From an uncultured Solirubrobacteraceae bacterium (GTDB lineage Bacteria > Actinomycetota > Thermoleophilia > Solirubrobacterales > Solirubrobacteraceae), in contig CAZPQW010000007.1 of assembly GCA_964588985.1 (NCBI GenBank), forward strand, positions 44,219-108,218: a stretch of 64,000 bases of DNA. Reading direction: 5' to 3'. Position 1 is the stretch's first letter; the number at the start of each line of letters is the position of its first letter. The notes beneath the pieces were generated by a model that worked only from the letters and a program-made list of their open reading frames with translations, had not been told where the DNA came from and searched no databases. Position numbers and translations under genes: made by a program. Positions 28,856 through 38,198 of this stretch are shown piece by piece.

Positions 28856-29162
28856 CACATGACTCCTGAGTAGTCGATCTATGAGCCATGGGGCCTTCCG
28901 CCTCTCCGTCACGAGCGTATTCGGATCTCCTATCCACCTCGGGACCGCCCCAGCAACGAAGATACAACATCCCGATAGCAGGAATTTCATGCTATGCGCA
29001 GCCTCGGCGGGGCGGCTGCGAGTCATGGCCTTCCGCACGGGACCAGCGACCAAGCTTGGTCGAGGAGAAGGACGACGATTTGTCTCCTACCATGCGTAAC
29101 CACGCGATCCTGGACGCTGGCGCTCCGATGACCAGATGGGGCGCTTGACGTATCATCTGACC

Positions 29163-29309
29163 ATGCCCAGCGCCCATCCCGGAGCCGACTTCGTCGCGCT
29201 CACACGGCGTTGGCGACACGCTTGCCAGGTACGCGCCGGCGAGTTGCACGCGGTCGGGGGCTACGAGAACATTTGCTTCTTGGCGCCGCAGGATCCCACC
29301 CAGACGTAG
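29163..29309 (+). pseudogene. 48-codon internally deleted copy of the FkbM gene at 32164..32964
   Basis: Translates MPSAHPGADFVALTRRWRHACQVRAG-ELHAVGGYENICFLAPQDPTQT*, i.e. the N- and C-termini of the FkbM protein joined in frame. Confidence 0.85.
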
Positions 29310-29340
29310 CCTGCCTCGTGTCAGCGACAGGACCAGGCTC

Positions 29341-30522
29341 GTGAGGGTCCTCTACGTCAACCACACCGCCGAGGTCAGCGGGGCCGAGCGTTCGCTGCTC
29401 GCCCTCTTGGGCGGGCTCCCGTCGAGCGTGCGGCCGCTCGTGGCCACACCGCCCGGTCGGCTGGCGCGGGCCGTCGAGGAGCTCGGAATCGACGTGACGC
29501 CGATCGTGAGCACGGCCGGGAGCCTGCGACTGCACCCGGCTCATACGCCGCGGGCGGTGGCGGAGATGGGCCTCGCGGCGCTGCAGGTGCGCCGAGCGGC
29601 TCGCCGCCATCGCGCCGAGGTGGTTCACGCGAACTCGATCCGGGCGGGCATCGAGCTCGGCCTCGCCCACGTCTCCCCCGCGGCGAGCATCGTCCACGTC
29701 CGTGACTGCCTGCCCCCCAGCGCGGTGACGAGCGCCACCATGCGCCTGATCGCGCGGACCGCGACGACCGTGGTCGCGAACTCGCACTACACCGCGGGAA
29801 CGGTGCGGGCCGCGGCTGCGAGCGCCCGGCTCGAGGTCGTGCACCCCGCGATCGATCTCGCCGCGTTCGATCCCGCGCGCATCGACCGCTCCGCCGCGCG
29901 AGCCCGACTCGGCACGGCGGGAGCGCGGCGCGTGCTGATGGGGGTGGTCGCGCAGCTGAGCCCGTGGAAGGGCCAGGACACGGCGATCGAGGCGCTGCGG
30001 CTGCTGCGCGAGCAGGACGTGGACGCGCACCTGCTGCTGATCGGCTCGGCCAAGTTCCTCGCCAGCTCGACGCGCTTCGACAACGAGGCGTACGTCGCCG
30101 GCCTGAAGCGGCTGGTCGCGGACGCCGGGCTCGAGGAACGCGTCTCCTGGCTCGGCGAGCGCGACGACGTACCCGATCTGGTGCGCGCGCTCGACGTGCT
30201 GCTGCTGCCGTCCCGCGAGGAGCCGTTCGGGCGCGCGCTGCTCGAGGCGATGGCACTGGAGGTGCCGGTCCTCGCCACCAGCGTGGGAGGCCCACCGGAG
30301 CTCGTTCGCGACGGTATCGAGGGCTACCTCGTCGCGCCCGGAGAGCCCGAGGCGTGGGCGCAGGCGGTGCGGCGTGTCGTCGAAGGCTCCGAGCAGGGGC
30401 GCGCGATGGGGCGCGCCGGGCGTGTGCGCATCGCTGAAGGGTTCGACGTGGAGCACCACGTCGAGGCGGTGCTCGCCCTGTATCGGCGCGCGATCGACGA
30501 GACCGGCACTCGAGGGGCGTGA
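29341..30522 (+). CDS. GT4 glycosyltransferase
   Basis: SGAERS, WKGQ and EPFGR.LLEAMA. Confidence 0.92.
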   Translation: MRVLYVNHTAEVSGAERSLLALLGGLPSSVRPLVATPPGRLARAVEELGIDVTPIVSTAGSLRLHPAHTPRAVAEMGLAALQVRRAARRHRAEVVHANSIRAGIELGLAHVSPAASIVHVRDCLPPSAVTSATMRLIARTATTVVANSHYTAGTVRAAAASARLEVVHPAIDLAAFDPARIDRSAARARLGTAGARRVLMGVVAQLSPWKGQDTAIEALRLLREQDVDAHLLLIGSAKFLASSTRFDNEAYVAGLKRLVADAGLEERVSWLGERDDVPDLVRALDVLLLPSREEPFGRALLEAMALEVPVLATSVGGPPELVRDGIEGYLVAPGEPEAWAQAVRRVVEGSEQGRAMGRAGRVRIAEGFDVEHHVEAVLALYRRAIDETGTRGA

Positions 30523-31340
30523 CAGATGTCATTTGGAAACTACTCGGCTACGATGGGCGCCGACTGGGTCGGGGGCCGATATGGGCGGAGGGGACGTTGA
30601 CGGAGGCGGCGGGACATCGCGTAGAGGCGCCTGCTGTGGGCTTTGCTCCGACGCCCGACGCGGAAGCGCAGTTCTGGGCTGAACTGCACAGGCTGATGGC
30701 GACCGGCGCGAAGCGCTGGTGCGACGTCGGAGGCGGCGCGAGGCCGCTCGTCCCCCTCTCGCTGGTCGAGAAGTTCGAGCTCGAGTACGTCGTCCTGGAC
30801 GAGTCCTCCGAGGAGCTCGATCAGGCGCCCGCCGGATACGAGCGCTTTCACGCGAGCATCCTCGACGAGCAGGCGATCGCCACGCTGGTGCGCGAGCGGG
30901 GCTCGTTCGACGTCGTAGTGAGCCGGTGGACCGCCGAGCACATCCCCGACGGCAGGAAGTTCCACAAGCAGGTCCACGACCTCCTCCGCCCCGGCGGCAC
31001 CGCGATTCACTTCTTCCCGACTCTCTACTCGCTGCCCTTCGTGTTGAACCGGGTACTTCCCCAGTCCCTCTCGGGCCCACTGCTGTCCACGGGACAGCCG
31101 GACCGGTCGAAGTTCCGCCCGTATTACTCCTGGTGTCGCGGCCCAAGCGAGCGGCAGATACGGCGCCTTGAGTCGGTCGGGTTCTCCGTGGATCGCTACA
31201 TGGGCTATTTCGGACATGGGTACTTCAAACGCGTCAAGCCGCTCCACCTCGCGGACAGGGCGCTGACAGCCCGGCTGCTGCGCCATCCGCTGCCGAACCT
31301 GACGAGCTTTGCGATGGTCGTGCTCACCAGACCGATCTGA
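30519..31340 (+). CDS. Class I SAM-dependent methyltransferase
   Basis: DVGGG, FDVVVS..TAEH and LRPGG. Confidence 0.85.
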   Translation: MTDVIWKLLGYDGRRLGRGPIWAEGTLTEAAGHRVEAPAVGFAPTPDAEAQFWAELHRLMATGAKRWCDVGGGARPLVPLSLVEKFELEYVVLDESSEELDQAPAGYERFHASILDEQAIATLVRERGSFDVVVSRWTAEHIPDGRKFHKQVHDLLRPGGTAIHFFPTLYSLPFVLNRVLPQSLSGPLLSTGQPDRSKFRPYYSWCRGPSERQIRRLESVGFSVDRYMGYFGHGYFKRVKPLHLADRALTARLLRHPLPNLTSFAMVVLTRPI

Positions 31341-31362
31341 CGCCGCGAGCGGCGGGCGACAG

Positions 31363-32031
31363 CTACGACGGCTGAGAAGCCGGGCGCGACCCCGCCACGA
31401 TCACCGAGATGGACAACGGCCTCGGGAATCGCAGGCGCATCGCCTCGGGCCAGTGACGTCCTCCGGTGAACGGCACCACGTCCGCCGCCGCATACAGCGG
31501 CTCCTGCACCTGCAGGCCCTCGCTGGCAAGGATGCGCGAGGTGACGTGCGGCAGCGCCGGCGTGAGATGGGGTTCGTTGTCGGGGCGAAAGCTCGTCAGC
31601 TGGCCTCGCACCGACAGGTCCAGTCGGTGCCTCAACGTCGCCACGTTGGGCGTGGACACCACGAGCCAGCCGTTAGGCGCGACCAGCTGCGCCGCTCGAC
31701 GCAAGGAGGTCCACGGCGCTTCCAGATGCTCGATCGTCTCGACCATCAGCACGCGGTCGGCAACCGGCATGTCGGCAACGTCGGCGGAGACCTCGTGGAA
31801 GTCCACGTCGTCGGCGAGGTCTGGGTCGAGCCACGGCAGCGCGTCGACGCCCGCCAGCGACAGCGGCTCCCACTCGTCCCTGATGCGGCGCAGCAGGTCG
31901 CCCGTGCCGCACCCGATGTCCAGCCAGCGCAGACCCCGTTCGGGCCGTGCCGCCTCCAGCACCGCGTTGACGATCGGCTCGTCCGACTTACCCGCCGATG
32001 CTTGCTGTTCGGCGAAGGACGCGGAGGCCAT
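31363..32031 (-). CDS. Class I SAM-dependent methyltransferase
   Basis: LDIGCGTG, ETIEHL and G.LVVSTPN. Confidence 0.88.
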   Translation of the reverse strand: MASASFAEQQASAGKSDEPIVNAVLEAARPERGLRWLDIGCGTGDLLRRIRDEWEPLSLAGVDALPWLDPDLADDVDFHEVSADVADMPVADRVLMVETIEHLEAPWTSLRRAAQLVAPNGWLVVSTPNVATLRHRLDLSVRGQLTSFRPDNEPHLTPALPHVTSRILASEGLQVQEPLYAAADVVPFTGGRHWPEAMRLRFPRPLSISVIVAGSRPASQPS

Positions 32032-32163
32032 GACGCTGACTGTACCAGGACATAAACACCCCGATGTGATGGATCATGCGTGCGCTTTCACCGCTCGACA
32101 ACAACCCGGGGCTGCGAGCTGCGATTGCACTGACATTTAGAACGTATTGCGTATTATCAAGTC

Positions 32164-32964
32164 ATGTCATCCGCGCCGACCGCCGCAGATCTCGTCGCGC
32201 TGACGCGTCGCTGGCGGCACACTCGCCTCGTGCGTGCGGGCGCCTACCGCATCGGCGAGGCGCTGGGCGACCGCGTGCTCGTGGGCAGGACGCTTGGCGG
32301 CTCGCGGATGGCCCTCAGCATGCGCGACCACCAGCACCGCTCGATCTACTTCTACGGCGAGTACGAGCCGGAGATCACCGCGCTGTTCCGCCGTCTGCTC
32401 GCGCCTGGGTCGGTCGTGTTCGACGTCGGCGCCAACGCCGGCTACTTCTCGATCCTCTCACGCGAGCTCGGCGCCACCGTGCACTCCTTCGAGCCCAACC
32501 CGAACGTGCGCGCGCTCCTCAGCAGGAGCGCGAACCTCGGACCCGGCGGCATCACCGTGGTGGCGGCCGCCTGCAGCGACCACCCCGGGAGGATGCCGCT
32601 GTACCTCTCCGAGCCCGGCAACACCGGGATGACGAGTCTGATCGTGCCGGCGGAGAGATCGGTCGAGGTCGACGTGATCACGCTCGACGACTACGCCGAG
32701 CGCACGCACACGCACCCCGATCTCATCAAGATCGACGTCGAGGGGCACGAGCGCGAGGTGCTGAGCGGAGCCGAGGAGCTGCTCGCCGCGGCCCGCCCGA
32801 CGGTGATCGCCGAGGTCGGCGGACCGGAGACGATCGAGCTGATGGAGAGCTTCGGCTACACGCCGCTGCGCATCCTGCCCGACGGATCGACCGCCGCCCA
32901 TGACGGCGAACTGCACGCGGTCGGCGGCTACGAGAACGTCTGCTTCTCGCCGCCCGCGGGCTAG
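32164..32964 (+). CDS. FkbM-family methyltransferase
   Basis: DVGANAGY, FEP.P, TLD and IKIDVEGHE..VL.G. Confidence 0.92.
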   Translation: MSSAPTAADLVALTRRWRHTRLVRAGAYRIGEALGDRVLVGRTLGGSRMALSMRDHQHRSIYFYGEYEPEITALFRRLLAPGSVVFDVGANAGYFSILSRELGATVHSFEPNPNVRALLSRSANLGPGGITVVAAACSDHPGRMPLYLSEPGNTGMTSLIVPAERSVEVDVITLDDYAERTHTHPDLIKIDVEGHEREVLSGAEELLAAARPTVIAEVGGPETIELMESFGYTPLRILPDGSTAAHDGELHAVGGYENVCFSPPAG

Positions 32965-33695
32965 GACCGCGACGGCCGCGCGAGCCAGTTCACCACGCTC
33001 GCGCCCTGCAGGAAGCCCGCGCGTGTGAACGGACCGTCGCCGGTGGCGTCGAAGACCTCATAGCCCAGCTCGGTCAGCAGGTCCCACACGGCGCCCGGAG
33101 CGTCGCCATACAGTGCCGCCGCCTCGGGGACGTGCTCGAATATCAGCACCGGCCTGGCGCGGGCGAGCATCCCGCGCCCACCCTCGAGCACCGCCAGCTC
33201 GGCGCCCTCGACGTCGATCTTGACCACGCTCGGCGCTACGTCCGCGAGCTCGACGTCGAGCGTGGACACCTCCACCGTGATGAACACCGGCCGCCCCCGC
33301 TCGTCGCTGATCTCGGGGTTCCTGCGCAACCCGCTCCACCCGTCGAGCTCGGTGAAGTGACAGAACTCCGCGCTGCCGGGGCTCGAGCCGAGCGCCTTGC
33401 GCCTGCAGTCCACGTTCGGGAACTCGCGCACGATCTCGGCCGCCAGTGCTGGGATCGGCTCGAACGCGACGTGGTGCGCGCTAGGCGCGACACGCACGGC
33501 TTCGCGTAGAACCTGGCCGCGGTTGCTGCCGACGTCGACGTAGGTCGAATCGTCGCGCAGAGCCACGGCCAGCGCCGTCGCGATGCCGACCGCCTCGCGC
33601 TGAGCCTGGCGCGCTCGCGGCTCGAACGCCGCCAGCAACTCGGGCCTGTCGAGGCGTCGCGACACCGCACCGATGCCCCTATTGACAACCCTCAC
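32961..33695 (-). CDS. FkbM-family methyltransferase
   Basis: DVGSNRG, AFEP.P and KIDVEGAE..VL.G. Start trimmed to GTG 33695. Confidence 0.88.
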   Translation of the reverse strand: MRVVNRGIGAVSRRLDRPELLAAFEPRARQAQREAVGIATALAVALRDDSTYVDVGSNRGQVLREAVRVAPSAHHVAFEPIPALAAEIVREFPNVDCRRKALGSSPGSAEFCHFTELDGWSGLRRNPEISDERGRPVFITVEVSTLDVELADVAPSVVKIDVEGAELAVLEGGRGMLARARPVLIFEHVPEAAALYGDAPGAVWDLLTELGYEVFDATGDGPFTRAGFLQGASVVNWLARPSRS

Positions 33696-33713
33696 GGGTG
33701 TATTGTTGCAGCA

Positions 33714-34934
33714 ATGACCGCCCGGTCGGTGCTGATCGTGACGCGGCGCTGGGCACGCGACGGCGGCGTCGGGGCGCACGTGATCGCAAGCGCCTCCGCG
33801 CTCGCGGGGAGCGGCATGCGCGTCGACGTGCTGGCGGCCCGGATCGAGCCCGAGGAGCAGATCCCCGGCGTGACGTTGCACCACCGCCCGTCGTTGTTCG
33901 ACAGGAACGCGCCAGCGGAGGTGCGCCTCGGCGAGCCGACGCTGCTGCATGCGGACGCGGCCCACATCCACCAGGTCGACGACCCGGACGTCGTGCGAGC
34001 GCTGCGGCGCAGCGCGCCGGTGCTCGTGAGCGCCCACGGCTACACCGCCTGCACCTCCGGCGTGTACTACTTCCGCCCCGGCCAGGAATGCACCCGCGCC
34101 CACGGCCCCGGCTGCGTCGTGAACCTCGTCGCGCGAGGCTGCGCGCACACGACCAAACCGCAGTCGCTGCCCTCCGGCTACAGGCGCACGACCCGCGAAC
34201 TCGCCGCCCTCGAGCAGGCCGACCTGCTGATCGCGTACTCGAGCTCGGTGGATCGCCACCTGGCCAACAACGGCCTCGCGCGGCGCAGGGTGATACCGCT
34301 GTTCAGCACCATGTCCCCGCGGCTCGGCTCCGGGCACGAGGACAGGCGGCGCGTCGTATTCGCGGGACGCCTGGCGAGCTCGAAGGGCACCGACGTGCTC
34401 CTCCGCGCCGCCCGCGACGTGGAGGGCGAGTTCGTGATCTGCGGAGACGGGTGGCAGCTGCCGGCGCTGGAGCGGCTCGCGCGCCGTCTCGGGATCGATC
34501 ATCGGGTCTCGTTCAGGGGCTGGCTCGGCGCGGAGGAGCTCGCGCGGGAGCTCGCCGAGGCGTCGGTCGTGGCCGTGCCGTCACTGTGGCCCGAGCCGTT
34601 CGGGCTGGTCGGGATCGAGGCGTTCGCCGCCGGGCGCCCGGTCGTGGCGAGCGCCACGGGCGGGATATCCGACTGGCTCGAGGATGGACTGAGCGGTCTG
34701 CTCGTTCCCCCCGGCGACGCGCCCGCGCTCTCGCGCGCGCTCGACGCGCTGCTGTCGGACCCGCTACGCCAGCGGACGATGGGAGCGGCGGGACGCGCCC
34801 TCGTCGCACGCCGGTTCACCCCGGCGAGCCATGTGGAGGCGCTCGTCGACGCCTACGACGCCGCGCGCGCCCACTGGCAGCTCGGCCGCGCCGCCGAAGC
34901 GGACGGCGCGGAGCCGGTCATGGCGCCCTCCTGA
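33714..34934 (+). CDS. GT4 glycosyltransferase with a Cys-rich insert
   Basis: GRL...KG and WPEPFGLVGIEAFA.G.PVV; H.Y..C...C...C...C region. Confidence 0.9.
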   Translation: MTARSVLIVTRRWARDGGVGAHVIASASALAGSGMRVDVLAARIEPEEQIPGVTLHHRPSLFDRNAPAEVRLGEPTLLHADAAHIHQVDDPDVVRALRRSAPVLVSAHGYTACTSGVYYFRPGQECTRAHGPGCVVNLVARGCAHTTKPQSLPSGYRRTTRELAALEQADLLIAYSSSVDRHLANNGLARRRVIPLFSTMSPRLGSGHEDRRRVVFAGRLASSKGTDVLLRAARDVEGEFVICGDGWQLPALERLARRLGIDHRVSFRGWLGAEELARELAEASVVAVPSLWPEPFGLVGIEAFAAGRPVVASATGGISDWLEDGLSGLLVPPGDAPALSRALDALLSDPLRQRTMGAAGRALVARRFTPASHVEALVDAYDAARAHWQLGRAAEADGAEPVMAPS

Positions 34935-36060
34935 CGGCCGCAAGCGCGATCAGCTCCATCACCGCCTCGGCGGTCCGCGCGACGCTCATGCGCCGGGCGG
35001 AGAACTCGCGCGAGCGTGCGCCGAGAGCCTCGCGCCCCGCTTCTTCCCGGAGCAGTCCGCCGACAGCACCGGCCAGCGCGTCGGCCGTGGGCTCCACGAC
35101 GAGGGCCGCGCCCGACTCGACGAGCTCGACCCAGCGGTTGGGGCCGTCGGTCGCCACCACCGGCCTGCCCGAGGCCAACGAGGCCGCGAGCGTCCCCTTG
35201 CGCGAGGACGGCCCGGCGCTCGCCACGAACAGCAGCACCTCGCACGCGGCCAGCGCGTCGGAGAGCTCCTGCGGGGAGAGCGTGCCCGAGAATGACAGCG
35301 ACTCCGACAGCCCTCGCGCCCGCGCCCCTTCGCGCCACGCCTGCGCCGAGGCCGATGCGCCGCCGGGCGAGCCGAGCAGCGAAAGGCGCACGTCGCCGAT
35401 CTCGTCCACCAGGCGGCGCAGCGCATCGAGCACCAGCGGCACCGCGGCGGGGTCGTAGGAGTAGCCGAACAGCCCGAGCAGCCCGCGCTGGACGTCCGAG
35501 CGCGACGGCCGAGGCAGGTTGGAGAAGACCGGGGCGACGAGCACCGGGCGGGCCGGGAGCCAGCGCCGGGAGCGAACCCAGCGAGCGCGATCCTCGGTGG
35601 TGAGCAGCGCGGCCGCCGAGGTGCGCATCACGTCGAGCAACGCCAGTCGCTGGGTGATCGCCCAGATGCGCCCCCGCGCGCCTGCCCTGCCCCACGGGTA
35701 GGCGTACTCGTGCAGCACCACGATCACGCCGGCGCCGGTCGCACGCAGCCTGCGCAGCGTTCGCGCCACGAACAGCGGCATGCCGGAGTGGGAGTACGCG
35801 AAGACGGAGTAGTGCAGCAGGATCACATCCGGGCGAGCATCGCGCAGCTCGACGGAAAGTCGCCGCAGCCAGGAGTCGATCTCGGATCTGCTGGCGAACA
35901 GCGAGCGCTCGCCGCGGACCAGCCAGTGCGTGGTGCACGCGACGCCCTCGCCGCGAAGCTCCTCGGCGAGCAGGGTCGCGTGGTCTTTGACCCCGCAGAA
36001 CTCGGTGATGGACATGCCCACGACCGCGATCCGCGGCGCTCGGGGCGTCGGCTCAGCCAC
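34918..36060 (-). CDS. GT4-like glycosyltransferase (divergent)
   Basis: CGV.D, HEY, GLFGY and S.RKGTLAA.LA.G.PVV pattern. Confidence 0.75.
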   Translation of the reverse strand: MAEPTPRAPRIAVVGMSITEFCGVKDHATLLAEELRGEGVACTTHWLVRGERSLFASRSEIDSWLRRLSVELRDARPDVILLHYSVFAYSHSGMPLFVARTLRRLRATGAGVIVVLHEYAYPWGRAGARGRIWAITQRLALLDVMRTSAAALLTTEDRARWVRSRRWLPARPVLVAPVFSNLPRPSRSDVQRGLLGLFGYSYDPAAVPLVLDALRRLVDEIGDVRLSLLGSPGGASASAQAWREGARARGLSESLSFSGTLSPQELSDALAACEVLLFVASAGPSSRKGTLAASLASGRPVVATDGPNRWVELVESGAALVVEPTADALAGAVGGLLREEAGREALGARSREFSARRMSVARTAEAVMELIALAAVRRAP

Positions 36061-37222
36061 TCAGGATCTCTCGCCGGTAGCTCGCCGCGATTGCCTCGCC
36101 GAGGGCGTCGATGTCGCCCGTCGGCAGGATCAGGCCGTTGACGCCCGGATCGATCAGGTCCTTCATCCCTGTGTCCTCGCTGACGAGCGCCGGCACGCCG
36201 CACGCCAGGGCCTCCGCGGGCGCGTAGGCGAAGCCGTCCTCGAACGTCGGGTGCACGCACAGGCCCGCCGTGCGCAGGTGCTCCAACGGGTCTCCGGGAG
36301 CGAGCACGATCCGCGGGTCGGCGGCGCGGGCATCTTCCACGAAGCGACGCATGCCCGGCGACTTCCAGCCGCCGATGAGGATCAGGCGCAGGTCGGGGAA
36401 CGGGAGTCGGCGCACGGCGTCGATCAGCAGCGGAACGCCCTTCGCCACGGACAGGCTGCCGATGTAGAGCACGTCGAAGGTGCTCGCCGTCCGCGCGCGG
36501 TCGCGGGGCGTGTAGCGCGGCGCGGGCGTGAGCGGGAAGATCGCCAGGCGCTCCTCGGGGAAGCCCTGCTCGAGGAACGACTCCAGCGTGTAGCGCGACG
36601 CGGCGTAGATCAGGTCGGCCTGCTCGTATTCGGAGAGATAGCGGCGCAGGATGTGTGTCCCGAAGGAGCGCTCGAGCGGGTACTGCTCATACGCTCGGGC
36701 GTGCTGGCGCGCGACCCGGCGCACGTGCGGGCTGGCGGACATCATCGACACCGACTGATAGCCGAGAGCGCGCGCGGCCGCGAACTGCGCCGCCGCTTGG
36801 CGGATGAACGCGATCAGGTGATCGCCTGGCGGCAGCCGTCGCGCCGCGTAGGAGTCGTACTGAGCGCGAATCGCCCAGATCCGCCATGCGGGCGAGTAGC
36901 GCGTCCACGGTTCCGCCAGCTTCGTGACGGCTCGCACGCGCAGTTCCCGGCGAGCCGTGGGCGAGGGCTCGCCCCTCGTCTGCGAGGAGAGGCACACGCC
37001 CGGTGTTCCGCGGCGCTCGAGCGCGTCCATGATCTCGGCGAGGTGCCTGCCGAGCCCCCCGGAGCCGAGCTGCGCGCCGCAGGAGACCACCACGCGACCG
37101 TCGGGCAGAACCTGCTCCTGCGCCACGGCGGCCTCCGTGCGCCACTGCTCTCCAAGACCGGCCACCGTGCTGAGCGGAACCTGCTCGTCTGGCGGGACCT
37201 CCAAGTCAGTCGACCTTGTCAT
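36053..37222 (-). CDS. GT4 glycosyltransferase
   Basis: G.L...KG and EDGF....EALACG.P. Confidence 0.88.
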   Translation of the reverse strand: MTRSTDLEVPPDEQVPLSTVAGLGEQWRTEAAVAQEQVLPDGRVVVSCGAQLGSGGLGRHLAEIMDALERRGTPGVCLSSQTRGEPSPTARRELRVRAVTKLAEPWTRYSPAWRIWAIRAQYDSYAARRLPPGDHLIAFIRQAAAQFAAARALGYQSVSMMSASPHVRRVARQHARAYEQYPLERSFGTHILRRYLSEYEQADLIYAASRYTLESFLEQGFPEERLAIFPLTPAPRYTPRDRARTASTFDVLYIGSLSVAKGVPLLIDAVRRLPFPDLRLILIGGWKSPGMRRFVEDARAADPRIVLAPGDPLEHLRTAGLCVHPTFEDGFAYAPAEALACGVPALVSEDTGMKDLIDPGVNGLILPTGDIDALGEAIAASYRREILSG

Positions 37223-38198
37223 AGCCCCACTGCGTCACGAGGTCGCGATCCAGGTACTCGCCGAGGGCGACCACCTCCGGCCTGTAGCGCTCGCGCAGTT
37301 TCATCATGAGCTGCGCGTCGGGCGGCCGCGGCTCGCCGTACATCAGCCGCCGTCGCAGCGCGCGAATCCCGCCGCCGCCCAGCCGCTGGGGTTTGAGCCT
37401 CCCGGCGCCGTTGCGCAGCGCGCGGATCGCGGGGTTCTGCGCCATCGCGAGCGTGTGCACGAGCTGGTGCGCTCGCTGCGAGCGCAGGCGTACCGACTGG
37501 TGGACCTCCAGCTGGGGGAGCTCGAGCGTGTCGTCGACTCCGAGGAAGCGCAGCACCTTGCGCACGGTCGCCTCGTTGTCGGCGCGGAATTCGTCGTAGA
37601 TGAGAACCAGCACCTGCTCGGGCGCGAACAGCGCGTGGTAGCGGCGCAGCTGCTCGACGTACCGGACGCGCTCGGAGTAGAGCAGCGCCTGCGGGCGGGG
37701 CGAGTAGCGCGGCAGGCTCCTGCCCTCGCGCCGCTCCTGCTCGAGCTCGATCGTCTTCCACAGATCGGTCTCGGTCTCCACGTGGTTGTGCAGCAGCTGC
37801 AGGTGCAGGGAGTGCAGGAAGCTCGCGGGCTCGCGAAACACCGCCACGATGCGCGCGTCCGGCTGCAGCCGCGCGATGTTGGCCGCAGCGTCGTGGGACC
37901 ACAGGTACAGCGACGTGGCCTCGCCCGCGATCTGCTCGGGGCGCGCCGGCGCGAACAGCGCGAGATACTCCTCGGGCGTGTGGGGCACCGGCGCGGCGCC
38001 GCGCTGTGGAAGCTGTGTGGGAACGTCGGTGTTGAGGAACGCCGGCTCCTTGAGATCCGGCATGAAGATCTGCGGGTGGCGCTTGAGCATCTCGTACAGC
38101 GCGCTCGTGCCGCACTTTGAGTGACCCACGATGAAGAAGTCCGGGACGCGAGCCTGAGTTGTACCGATGTCGGCGAACAGCTCAGTTGACACCGTCAT
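37206..38198 (-). CDS. PAPS-dependent sulfotransferase (copy 5)
   Basis: PDFFIVGHSKCGTSAL (5'-PSB), KEP, GEAT..YL, REP....S (3'-PB), C-terminal WGYD. Confidence 0.92.
   Translation of the reverse strand: MTVSTELFADIGTTQARVPDFFIVGHSKCGTSALYEMLKRHPQIFMPDLKEPAFLNTDVPTQLPQRGAAPVPHTPEEYLALFAPARPEQIAGEATSLYLWSHDAAANIARLQPDARIVAVFREPASFLHSLHLQLLHNHVETETDLWKTIELEQERREGRSLPRYSPRPQALLYSERVRYVEQLRRYHALFAPEQVLVLIYDEFRADNEATVRKVLRFLGVDDTLELPQLEVHQSVRLRSQRAHQLVHTLAMAQNPAIRALRNGAGRLKPQRLGGGGIRALRRRLMYGEPRPPDAQLMMKLRERYRPEVVALGEYLDRDLVTQWGYDKVD

Noticed and set aside
27800-29340. Mobile element or prophage remnant around the low-GC gene
   Set aside because: No transposase, integrase, terminal inverted repeats or att-like duplication were seen.
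33696-34502. Long N-terminal extension of the minus-strand FkbM ORF
   Set aside because: It is the antisense shadow of the GT4 gene at 33714..34934.
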